Positions 20,690 through 29,111 of a stretch of DNA of 64,000 bases are shown in pieces. The first letter of the stretch is position 1, and each line of letters starts with the position of its first letter. The stretch is taken from positions 64,001 to 128,000 of the forward strand of contig CAXXKJ010000002.1 of NCBI GenBank assembly GCA_963675295.2, in the 5' to 3' direction. Made by a program: the position numbers and the translations under genes. The notes beneath the pieces were generated by a model that was not told where the DNA came from, did not search any database, and worked only from the letters and a program-made list of their open reading frames with translations. Origin of the DNA: a bacterium. Its GTDB lineage: Bacteria > Electryoneota > Electryoneia > Electryoneales > Electryoneaceae.

Positions 20690-20785
20690 CCGGGGACAGT
20701 TTGTCCCCAAACTGTCCCCGGTGTACTGACAAACCGATAGCATTCACAAACAGATCGGGGACACGTAACGGAGTAAGTGTCCCCG
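20690..20785. repeat. REP-like GGGGACA...TGTCCCC hairpins
   Basis: CCGGGGACAGTTTG/CAAACTGTCCCCGG (20690-20721) and CGGGGACAC/GTGTCCCCG (20756-20785); same family at 19884-19913 and 41807-41835. Confidence 0.75.
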
Positions 20786-20856
20786 GCCTCGTTAGTCTCA
20801 ACAGTTTTGGAATCACATGCCGACCCCTGCTGGCGCAGCCTTCAGGGGCACGTTGA

Positions 20857-22797
20857 TCACACCCCGTACTCGATGCCGCTGACCCGTGCGACGGGGTTGA
20901 ACACGATCAGGAACGGTCCGTGTTCGGCCACCACACGCACGAATCCTTCCCCTTCCTTCGGTCCGAAGCTGACCTCGCTTTCACGGGTCAGGGTTTGTTT
21001 TTTCGTCCGGAACGGGCCGTAAATCTTGAGCGTGTCGACGCGCTTGTTGAACTTGATGTGCAGCTGTTCGCCGTCGAACCGGAATTCTTCCACTTTCGGC
21101 AGGTTCGGGTGCGGGATTTCGCGCGTGACATTGCGGCTCATGTGGCGCACCGCGACGAACCGTCCCGCCTTCAGCGCTTCCAGCACCAGTTGTCCGTCCG
21201 CCGGTTCGCCGGGGATCGGAGCTTGGTCGCCGAGATCGACCATCAGGAAGCGTTTGCCGGTCTGGTGCCGGCTGCGGATATCGTGGCAATCGTCGCCTGC
21301 GGTCGCCCACACCAGCAGCCCGGAGCTGAGCGCTTCGTCCCAGCGGCGGTAGCTGTCGATTGAGCGGTTGAACACTTCGATGGCGTCGTAATCGTGACGG
21401 GTGACATCGTCGGACGGCCACGCGCCCTTGTTCCGCGGGTGGGCGAGCACGGTAAACTCGCTGACGCCGCGGAGCCGGTCCAGCACCTTGCCACGGTCAC
21501 GGACGGTGCCGCCGAACATATTCGTTTCGACCAGCCGTTTGTGCGCGCCGAGCACGAGGATATGGTGGTTGTGTGGACCCCAGCCGTGTTCGTACGCGTC
21601 AATGCTCTGGAACGGGCTCTTCGCGCGCGTGATTCGATTGTGGTCGGTGAGGATCACCGATCCCGCGCCAAGACGCCGGAAGTGATCGACCACCACATCG
21701 GCCTTGAACTTGCCTTCCCAGCGGTTGCTGTGCATGTGCAGCACCACCGGCACCCAGCTCGGCTCGGCGTTGGTGTACGGGTTGTAGATGACGTCGCTCT
21801 TGGCGTCAATGAACCGGCTGCGGCGGTTTTCCGGCGTGCCGGTGCGTACCCGTCCACCGCCGGTGATCGTGCCGAGAATGGCCGACGTTCCGATCAACCC
21901 TTCCTCGACAAATCCCCGTACCGGTGTCAGCTGGCTCGGTGGGTGACGGGTAGGATCTTCCGAGATCAGGCGCTGCCGTGCGGCAATCGAGATGCCGAAA
22001 CTGAAGCTGAACAGGGCGATCGTGTCCACCGGCACCTGCTGCGGGAAGACCATGGCGCCGACCAGGGCGATGGTACCGAGGAACACGGTGGTGTACATCA
22101 GGAAGCGCATGAACCGTTGCTGCGCCCAGCGGGATCGTTCCACCCGGGCCTGCGAGAGCACGGCAATCAGACTTATCAGTACCAGCAGCAGCAGCAGCCG
22201 GTATTGCACGCCGCCGTGGTAGAGCAGCGACGCGATACCCTTATCGTGGGAAAACAGCGGAACAAATTTTGTTTCCATCTCGGGCAGGTGCACGGTGATG
22301 TAGTATTCGATCCCGAGCACCAGGATCAACGCGGCCACACCAATCGCCCACCGGGCACGGATAAACCACGCGAACATCCAGATCAGAATGATGCCGTACA
22401 CGAACGGTTCGGTAAACGCTTCCATGAACGGCTTGCCGCTCAGCATCCGCATTACCGGCATGCCAAGTACGATCAGCAGGGTTGGCAGAAACGCCGGGTG
22501 CGGCCGTGGTGCGGGCAAAGTGCGGGTGGCAAACCCGATCAGGGCCAGCAACGCCGCGATGCCGATCCCCATCCACGGATTCGCTTCCGATGGATGCTGG
22601 AGAATCGTCACGCCCTGCACCGTCAACAGGACCACACCGATCAACGACCAGATCTGCGGCGCATCTTTCTGCATGATGTCAACGATCAGCGACGGAACCT
22701 GCCGCTGCTGCGTTGAGCGGGACCGGTGCTTGCGCCGCCAGTGTTTACGATGCGAATCCGATTTTGACCGCTTCTTCAAGCGTGTCAACGACAGCAT
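20857..22797 (-). CDS. Polytopic membrane protein fused to a C-terminal PHP (CehA/McbA-like) metallohydrolase domain
   Basis: Multiple TM segments, then LHMHS, TDHN, HILVLG, AHP, IEVFN and GDDCH PHP metal ligands. Confidence 0.75.
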   Translation of the reverse strand: MLSLTRLKKRSKSDSHRKHWRRKHRSRSTQQRQVPSLIVDIMQKDAPQIWSLIGVVLLTVQGVTILQHPSEANPWMGIGIAALLALIGFATRTLPAPRPHPAFLPTLLIVLGMPVMRMLSGKPFMEAFTEPFVYGIILIWMFAWFIRARWAIGVAALILVLGIEYYITVHLPEMETKFVPLFSHDKGIASLLYHGGVQYRLLLLLVLISLIAVLSQARVERSRWAQQRFMRFLMYTTVFLGTIALVGAMVFPQQVPVDTIALFSFSFGISIAARQRLISEDPTRHPPSQLTPVRGFVEEGLIGTSAILGTITGGGRVRTGTPENRRSRFIDAKSDVIYNPYTNAEPSWVPVVLHMHSNRWEGKFKADVVVDHFRRLGAGSVILTDHNRITRAKSPFQSIDAYEHGWGPHNHHILVLGAHKRLVETNMFGGTVRDRGKVLDRLRGVSEFTVLAHPRNKGAWPSDDVTRHDYDAIEVFNRSIDSYRRWDEALSSGLLVWATAGDDCHDIRSRHQTGKRFLMVDLGDQAPIPGEPADGQLVLEALKAGRFVAVRHMSRNVTREIPHPNLPKVEEFRFDGEQLHIKFNKRVDTLKIYGPFRTKKQTLTRESEVSFGPKEGEGFVRVVAEHGPFLIVFNPVARVSGIEYGV

Positions 22798-23882
22798 TAT
22801 GACTTCTCCAGTTCAGCGAGAAGGTGGATGACTTCATGGGAAACTTCAGTCGAGGCGATGGTTGAAACCGGTTCGCCTCGTGGTGCCAGGATCGCTCGAT
22901 GTGGAACCGATTGCGGCGCGAAACGGAGATACACTTCGTGATCACCGTTGTACAGCACCACCATCGGCACCCCCCTGGCCGCGGCTGTCTGGACGATGCC
23001 CGTGTCTACCGTGATCAGCATGTCCGTGCGCGCGACAATCGCCACCGCTTCCAGCAGGCTTCGTGTCGGGACCGTGGTCACCGCCTCGAAATCACGTGCG
23101 AGTGATTCGCACTCGGCCCGTTGATCGGGGGCACTCAGTGCGATGAACCGTGCACCGGGCCGATATTCGAGCAATTCGCGCAGCAGTTCGCGCCACGCGT
23201 CCAGGGTCCATCGCCGGCTTTCGCGGCTGGCGGACAAGTTAAGCGAAAAAAGCGGATTTCCCTCATTAGCCGCATAGATTCGTTCAGCCCACCGCTCTGC
23301 TTCCGGGATCATCCCGATGTGCAGCCGGCGGCTGACCCGGGTCGGATCAACACCGAACGGTGCGAGCAGCCGAACATACGCCTCCGTGCGGTGCTCATAC
23401 TCCCAGTCATGGGCCACGGAATGGGTGAGGAGAGGATCGTGGTGCTCGTGCGACAGGCCAACGCGGTACCTCGCGCGGCTCACCACCATCAGCAGGCTTT
23501 CGGTGAACGCCGGATGGCCTTTGGGCAGCACGACAACATCCGGATGATACTGCCACACCTCGTTCATCGACGCGAACCACTTCGGCAGCGACTCATACAA
23601 CAGCACGCGATCAACGTTCGGGTCGCCTTCCGCCAGTTCACGGCCGGCCTCTTTCACCAGCACACCCAGCTGCGCACCGGAGCACGCTTTCTTCAGCCCG
23701 GCGATCAACGGTGTCGCCACCATGTAGTCCCCGCGTAACACCGGTGCCAGCACGAGGATGCGCTTGATATCCTTCGGGATTGGACCGGATTCAGGACGTG
23801 AGCGTCCGCTGTCCGCAAGGCGTGCGAACAGAGAGAATCCCTTGGCGCGAAACCAGGGGCGGCTGAATGGACGGTCGCTCAT
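22797..23882 (-). CDS. Glycosyltransferase family 9 (LPS heptosyltransferase-like)
   Basis: RGDYMVATPLI, SRRWTLDAW, ITVDTGIVQTAAARGVP. ATG at 23882 chosen as start. Confidence 0.85.
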   Translation of the reverse strand: MSDRPFSRPWFRAKGFSLFARLADSGRSRPESGPIPKDIKRILVLAPVLRGDYMVATPLIAGLKKACSGAQLGVLVKEAGRELAEGDPNVDRVLLYESLPKWFASMNEVWQYHPDVVVLPKGHPAFTESLLMVVSRARYRVGLSHEHHDPLLTHSVAHDWEYEHRTEAYVRLLAPFGVDPTRVSRRLHIGMIPEAERWAERIYAANEGNPLFSLNLSASRESRRWTLDAWRELLRELLEYRPGARFIALSAPDQRAECESLARDFEAVTTVPTRSLLEAVAIVARTDMLITVDTGIVQTAAARGVPMVVLYNGDHEVYLRFAPQSVPHRAILAPRGEPVSTIASTEVSHEVIHLLAELEKS

Positions 23883-23991
23883 CGAGACGGGGCAAAAGTG
23901 AGTGTGCGCGAAAAATCGGAAGCAGCAATGTATCCCGCTTCTCGCGCGAGTGTCAATGGAGACGTGTCGCGTTTTTGGGACTGGTGGATAA

Positions 23992-24218
23992 GCGGGGGAC
24001 ATCTGTGGCACAACTTGCCGCTGGATCGGAGTGAGCGGGATGGTCGATAGACTCACCGTGTTGGATACCAGGACCGGTATGTGCCACAGTTGTCCCCGCG
24101 CATGGCCGTCGAACCGGGGACAAGTGAACGGCTTAATCGTAGACACATTCGAGGCACTGTACCGGCTGATCAGGAACCACACACCGAATAACCACCGGCT
24201 ATCCGTTCACATGTCCCC
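23992..24218. repeat. Two tandem ~105 bp inverted-repeat elements with GGGGACA...TGTCCCC ends
   Basis: GCGGGGGACATCTGTGGCACA (23992) pairs with TGTGCCACAGTTGTCCCCGC (24080-24099); GGGGACAAGTGAACGG (24116) pairs with CCGTTCACATGTCCCC (24203-24218). Confidence 0.75.
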
Positions 24219-24229
24219 TGAGTATCTCG

Positions 24230-26017
24230 CTACGGCCCAAAGGGCGGGTCGGGGTGCTCCGGTTCCGGTTCAATCCACGGAGAGTCGTAGAACTTCGGCA
24301 GGTCGTATTCGAAACCATCCCAGATCGGCCAGCAATTCCGGTTGCCTTCCGCGATGAACCAGTACTTTGGTACCTCCACGTTCAACACCTTGAACGTGCA
24401 CTCCTCGAACCTGGCGTGGTAGAAGTAGTAGCAGCGGCTCAAGCGTGGTGCCGCGCCAAACGTAAACCAAGTGGTGAGGGTTGTGTCCGGCTTGTTGAAC
24501 AGCACGTTCTTGTAGTGATGGCTGGTCATGTAATAGTACGTCATGTCGGCGTACGGTTCCATGACGCCGTCTTCCATGAAATAATCCAGCGTCAGGATCA
24601 ATACCGGGTAGTCGAGGATGCCAAACACGATCGAGTTTTCCATCACCAGCGAATCGACCGCGCTGAATGACAGTTCGGACGGGCGGAAGCGTGCGATCTG
24701 GGGGTCGTCAACGGGCAGGTTGTTGTGGCTCAGGAAGATGTGGTTCAGGTGTACCGGCCCGAAGCAGCGTTCCATGAACACGCCGCGGAAGTAGTTGAAC
24801 TGGCAACGAATATGTTCGAGTTCGATGTCGCGTCCGTCTTTGTCGAACCACAATCCATGACCATAATTCCACACGCCTTCGTAGTCGGCGACACGAATGT
24901 GGCGGCAGCGGAAGAATTTGAGGCCGCCGGCGTCATAGCCGACCGTGCCCGCCTCGAACCCGCGCCAGTTGTTGCTGTCGACGAAGGCGTCCCGCAGCTC
25001 TACCCCCAGTGCATGCGCGACCAGGATGCCGTAAATGCCGTTGTCGTGCGCGCGGACGTTTTCGATCAGGTTGTACGGTGGCCGTTTGCTGTAGTCGATG
25101 TACCACGAATCGGGATCGTCCGGATTTAATGGCCGGGCGGGGGTTTTGCGCACGGAAAGACCGTATGAATTCCCGTTGCGGAACATGCAATCGCTGATGT
25201 GCACCTTCTCCACCAGCGCGATATCCACCATGCCGTTCTTGATGAACGAGCTGCCGTACGCGAACTCGAGGTTGTGCAGCTCCACGCCACGGATGTGATG
25301 CGCGCGAAACAGGTACTGGCATTCGGAGTAGTAAATCGGGTACACGTTCGGGTTCAGCGTGGTGCGAACTCGGATGGTGCCGGAACCCTCCATCGGCACG
25401 GCGAAAGAGTTGAGTACATAGGGCACCAGCCCATGATCGCCCAGTTGCCGCAGCCGTTGCTCACCCTGAAACAGGTGCTCGCGGCGGATCAGGGTGTGCG
25501 CGTCACGATACTGCCCGCTATCGGGATTGGGCACCCACTTCTCCAGCAGGCAGCCCATCCAGCCCTCGAAGCCGTCATCGCCGCAGATGTACGAGTCCGG
25601 ATCCTGGTAATAGCCGAAATCATGGTCCCAAGGCGCTTCCCAGATGCTGCCGCCAATGTTGACCCAGCCTTCGATCGGGTCGGGACACAATCCGGTGATT
25701 AGCGGCTTTTCTGCTCCAATTCCCCGGAAAATGAGATACGGAATGTCCCAACCGTTCTATGACACCGTGGAATCGTCCCGCATCCGGTACGTGCCGGGCA
25801 GAATGTTGAGGGTGACGGTCTGATCGCCGGTAAATCCGCTCTGGGTTCGAATCCACTGAATCGTGGTCTGCAGACCGGCGCAAGCGTTGCTGCTGTCCGT
25901 CCCGCTGAAATCGCCGGACCCCTGGGGACTGACCCAGATGGTGTATTGTGCGTTCGCCAGGGGAACGCTGAGGAGAAGCAATGCGAGAAACAGGATGGTC
26001 TGATAGATTGATTTCAT
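24230..26017 (-). pseudogene. Secreted right-handed beta-helix protein, paralog 1, interrupted by one in-frame TAG at 25757-25759 (pseudogene or readthrough)
   Basis: ORFs 25757..26017 and 24230..25690 are in the same frame. The reading DDSTVS*NGWDIPYLIFRG aligns with EDSSLTYTGWDLPYLVLRG and GDSLFRWQGWSKPYLVLEG in the paralogs. Confidence 0.8.
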
Positions 26018-26184
26018 CGTGGCCGCCTGATTGATAACGGTCTACCAATGGCTAAATGTAGTGTGACAGACCGGAGTTTCAAGCGATTAGTTTGCAATTT
26101 CCACGAAAAAGGTTGGTTTTTTGGGGTTAGTCTCTTAGAGGCGAATGTTAATTTTTCTGGTCGTGCGCCGGTAGACAACAAAAC

Positions 26185-26217
26185 AGCCGGTATTTCGGGA
26201 ATTCCCAAAACCGGCTG
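26185..26217 (-). terminator. Intrinsic terminator of paralog 2
   Basis: CAGCCGGT...ACCGGCTG stem followed by TTTTGTTG on the minus strand. Confidence 0.55.
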
Positions 26218-26247
26218 ACGCAGATCATCTCGATATTGTTGTGTGAC

Positions 26248-28050
26248 TCAGGGGCCTCCACCCCCGTGCCGTCTCCCTTTATGCTGTTCCCCTTCCGGCG
26301 GGTCTTCATCCCACGGCGTGTCGTACCACTTCCGCAGATCGTACTCAAATCCATCGTAGATCGGTTGGCAGCGACGGTTGGATTCGGCAATCACGAAATA
26401 TTTCGGGATTTCCAGACCGTCCACGATCCACGTGTTGTGATCGAGCTCGGTGTGGTACATATAATAGCAGCGGCTCATCTGCGGTGCGACACCGAAGTAG
26501 AAGAAGTAGAAATCGTCCCCGTCCGGCCGGCTGAACGTGCAATCCTGGTAGCGATTGTTCCACGCCTGCGTGTACAACGTATCGCTGTACGGTTCCATGA
26601 TGCCATCTTCCATCACGTAGTCGATGGAATGGATCAGCACCGGATATCCGCGCTGGCTCAGCAGCTGCGTGTTGCGGACGAGCATCGTGTCGCAGGCACT
26701 CATGCCCAGCGCGCTCGACCGGAAGCGGTAGATCCGGTCATCGTCCATATCGCGCGTATTCTGCGTCATGATACAGTGTTCGATCAGCACCGGGCCGAAT
26801 GATCGTTCCACAAAGATGCCACGGTAGGAATTGAACTGCATCCGGCTGTTGCGGACAGTCAGGTCGCGTCCATCCTTGTCGAACCACATCCCGTGCCCGT
26901 AATTGAACTGGCTCAGGAGGTTATCGATCACCATGTGCCGGGTTCGGAAGAACTTTGCTGCGCCGGCATCATAGGCGACGGTCCCGGCTTCGTAGCCACG
27001 CCAGTTGTTTCGTTCCAACCGCAGGTTGGTCACCGAGAACGCCTGTGCGTGCGCGATGAACAAGCCGTATATCCCGCAATGGTGGGCGTATACGTTGTCA
27101 ATCGTATTCCACGGCGGCCGCTTCTCTTCCATCACCACCCAGGAATCGGGATCGTACGGATCAATCGGATAACACGGTGCGCGGCTGACATACAAGCCGA
27201 CGGCGTTGCTGTAGCTGAATTCGCAATCGCGGATGGTGACCTGCGGGGTGTTGGTGATTTCGACCATGCCGGTCTTGATGAATGGATTGCCCTGGGTGAA
27301 TACGAGGTTGTGCAGCTCGACCCCCCGGGAGTTGCGCACCGCTAGCAGCTGTTCGCAATCGGCCATGTAAACCGGGACGTCGTTCGGATTGTCCGGAGTC
27401 TTGATCCGTACCATGCCCGGACCGTACATCGGGACGGTAAATGAAGTCGGGCGCAGCCACAGCGCTTCCATGTTGCCGACTTGCTTGAGTCGTTCCCCGT
27501 TCTGGAACAGCATTTCCCGCCGCAGGATGGTTCGCCCGTCACGCCAACGCTGATTCTCGAGGCTGGGGTGGAAGTTTTCCAGCAGGCATCCGATCCAGCC
27601 CTCGAATCCATCTTCGCCGCAGAGCATGGAATCGGGATTGGCCATGAAGCCGAAGTTGTATGGCCACGGCGCTTCCCAGTAATCGAGCCCCATGTTCACC
27701 CAGCCCTGTATTGGTTCGGGCTGAAGTCCTGTTATAACAGGCTTTTCCGACCCGTGCCCACGGAGAACCAGATACGGCAGATCCCAGCCTGTGTAGGTAA
27801 GACTGGAGTCTTCCGACATGTGGTAGGTTCCGGGCAGGACCATGATTTCAACCGTGGCCTCGCCTGGAATCCCGCTGGTGTGTTTGATAATGGAAAACGC
27901 TCGTTGAAGACCGGGAATGGTATTTGTGCTGTCGGATCCCGAAAAGTTTCCGGACCCTTCAGGGCTGACCCAAAACGTGTATTGAGCAAATGCACCAGGA
28001 ACCAGGATCAGCAGACAAACCAATACCACCAGTCTGCTGGCTACCCGCAC
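26248..28050 (-). CDS. Secreted right-handed parallel beta-helix (pectin-lyase-like fold) protein, paralog 2
   Basis: Signal peptide; YTFWVSPEGSGNFSGSD and LPGTY, typical of beta-helix N-caps; coil repeats NNWRG, GAAKF, NYGHGMWFD, NSYRGIFVERS. Confidence 0.8.
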   Translation of the reverse strand: MRVASRLVVLVCLLILVPGAFAQYTFWVSPEGSGNFSGSDSTNTIPGLQRAFSIIKHTSGIPGEATVEIMVLPGTYHMSEDSSLTYTGWDLPYLVLRGHGSEKPVITGLQPEPIQGWVNMGLDYWEAPWPYNFGFMANPDSMLCGEDGFEGWIGCLLENFHPSLENQRWRDGRTILRREMLFQNGERLKQVGNMEALWLRPTSFTVPMYGPGMVRIKTPDNPNDVPVYMADCEQLLAVRNSRGVELHNLVFTQGNPFIKTGMVEITNTPQVTIRDCEFSYSNAVGLYVSRAPCYPIDPYDPDSWVVMEEKRPPWNTIDNVYAHHCGIYGLFIAHAQAFSVTNLRLERNNWRGYEAGTVAYDAGAAKFFRTRHMVIDNLLSQFNYGHGMWFDKDGRDLTVRNSRMQFNSYRGIFVERSFGPVLIEHCIMTQNTRDMDDDRIYRFRSSALGMSACDTMLVRNTQLLSQRGYPVLIHSIDYVMEDGIMEPYSDTLYTQAWNNRYQDCTFSRPDGDDFYFFYFGVAPQMSRCYYMYHTELDHNTWIVDGLEIPKYFVIAESNRRCQPIYDGFEYDLRKWYDTPWDEDPPEGEQHKGRRHGGGGP

Positions 28051-28217
28051 GACGATCTTCCCTCCATATCTGCCTATGTGAGGAGCAGTGGGGCGAATAT
28101 AGCTCAGGATGCTGGGCGGGCATGTGGTTTTTCTGAGTTTCCTGTTTTTTGTGACTCTGTCTTCGGTTTACCGTTGACAGAACGAAGATCCGAGGCTCTC
28201 TTTTTGCCGAGAGAGAA

Positions 28218-28238
28218 AACCCCGCGACTGGCGGGGTT
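28218..28238 (-). terminator. Probable intrinsic terminator downstream of the hairpin array
   Basis: Minus strand reads AACCCCGC-CAGTC-GCGGGGTT then TTCTCTCTC. Confidence 0.55.
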
Positions 28239-28307
28239 GTCAGAAATTAGCTACAAAAATGTAAGAACAAAGTCTTAGAATCGCTAAGTTGCTTAGTTTC
28301 AAAATTT

Positions 28308-29104
28308 GCCTGGCGTGGCTGGCCGGATTCGGCTCAGGTTTTGGTTTGACCGTCCGCCATCCACGCACAGGCCTCGGTACTCCGTTCGGGGGGTCAACAG
28401 TTCTGCCTGGCGTGAAGCGTTGGTTGCAAGACAAGATTGCCGAGTGATTGTCTGCCCACGCTTCACGCTCAGGCCAGTGGTCCCTGGATGACCTTCCCGT
28501 GCTTCAACAAGGTTGCCTGGCGTGGGTGATTGGATTCGGCTCAGTGGTTAGTAGTTGACCGTCCATCATCCACGCGCAGGCCTCTGTTTTTCGATTGTCA
28601 AGGTGCTGCGGGTACACGTTTGCCCGGCGTGAAGAGCTGGTGTCGCAAGTCTTCTGATGTGGGTCAGGTCATGCTCCCCACGCACGGGCCTGTGGTTCCT
28701 GGGTTGTGGCTTCCGTTGTATCCACAGATCTGCCTGGCGTGGCTGGCTGGATTCGGCTCAGGTTTTGGTTTGACCGTCCGCCATCCACGCGCAGGCCTCA
28801 GTTTCCGATTGTCAAGATCCCGTTGTACAGATTTGCCTGGCGTGAAGCGCTGAAAAACGGATCATCATTTCGGTTTTTGTTGTCCGTCCGCACTTCACGC
28901 ACAGGCCTCAATCCCCGGGTTACCGTTTTCGGCAACCGCTACAAGGTTGCCTGGCGTGGCTGGCCGGATTCGGCTCAGGTTTTGGTTTGACCGTCCGCCA
29001 TCCACGCACAGGCCTCGGTACTCCCGATTGTCACACTTCTGCCCGGCGTAGAGAGTATGCCATGTGTTGCCTGGAGTGGGGTTGGTCCCTCTCCACGCAC
29101 GGGC
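28308..29104. repeat. Array of eight alternating hairpin units (GCCYGGCGTG...CACGCNCRGGC), 64-72 bp each, separated by 27-42 bp linkers
   Basis: Units at 28308-28372, 28405-28474, 28515-28581, 28622-28689, 28732-28796, 28835-28906, 28949-29013 and 29041-29104. Odd units share a conserved interior; even units have unrelated interiors. Confidence 0.92.
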
Positions 29105-29111
29105 CTCAATC

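Noticed and set aside
23940-24229. Possible replication origin (one TTATCCACC DnaA-box-like site)
   Set aside because: Only one near-consensus box, no AT-rich unwinding element and no dnaA context; the repeats are better explained as hairpin elements.
28590-28816. TTGACA (-35-like) hexamers on the minus strand in array linkers (CGATTGTCAA)
   Set aside because: No -10-like element at 16-18 nt spacing; treated as a conserved linker motif rather than promoters.
28308-29104. Array as a CRISPR locus, integron attC cassettes or a repeat-protein gene
   Set aside because: The conserved parts are two short inverted arms, and alternate interiors recur, unlike unique CRISPR spacers. No cas gene or integrase was recognised. 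There are no RYYYAAC/GTTRRRY boundaries with cassette ORFs. Unit periods are not consistently multiples of three and the ORFs across the array shift frame.
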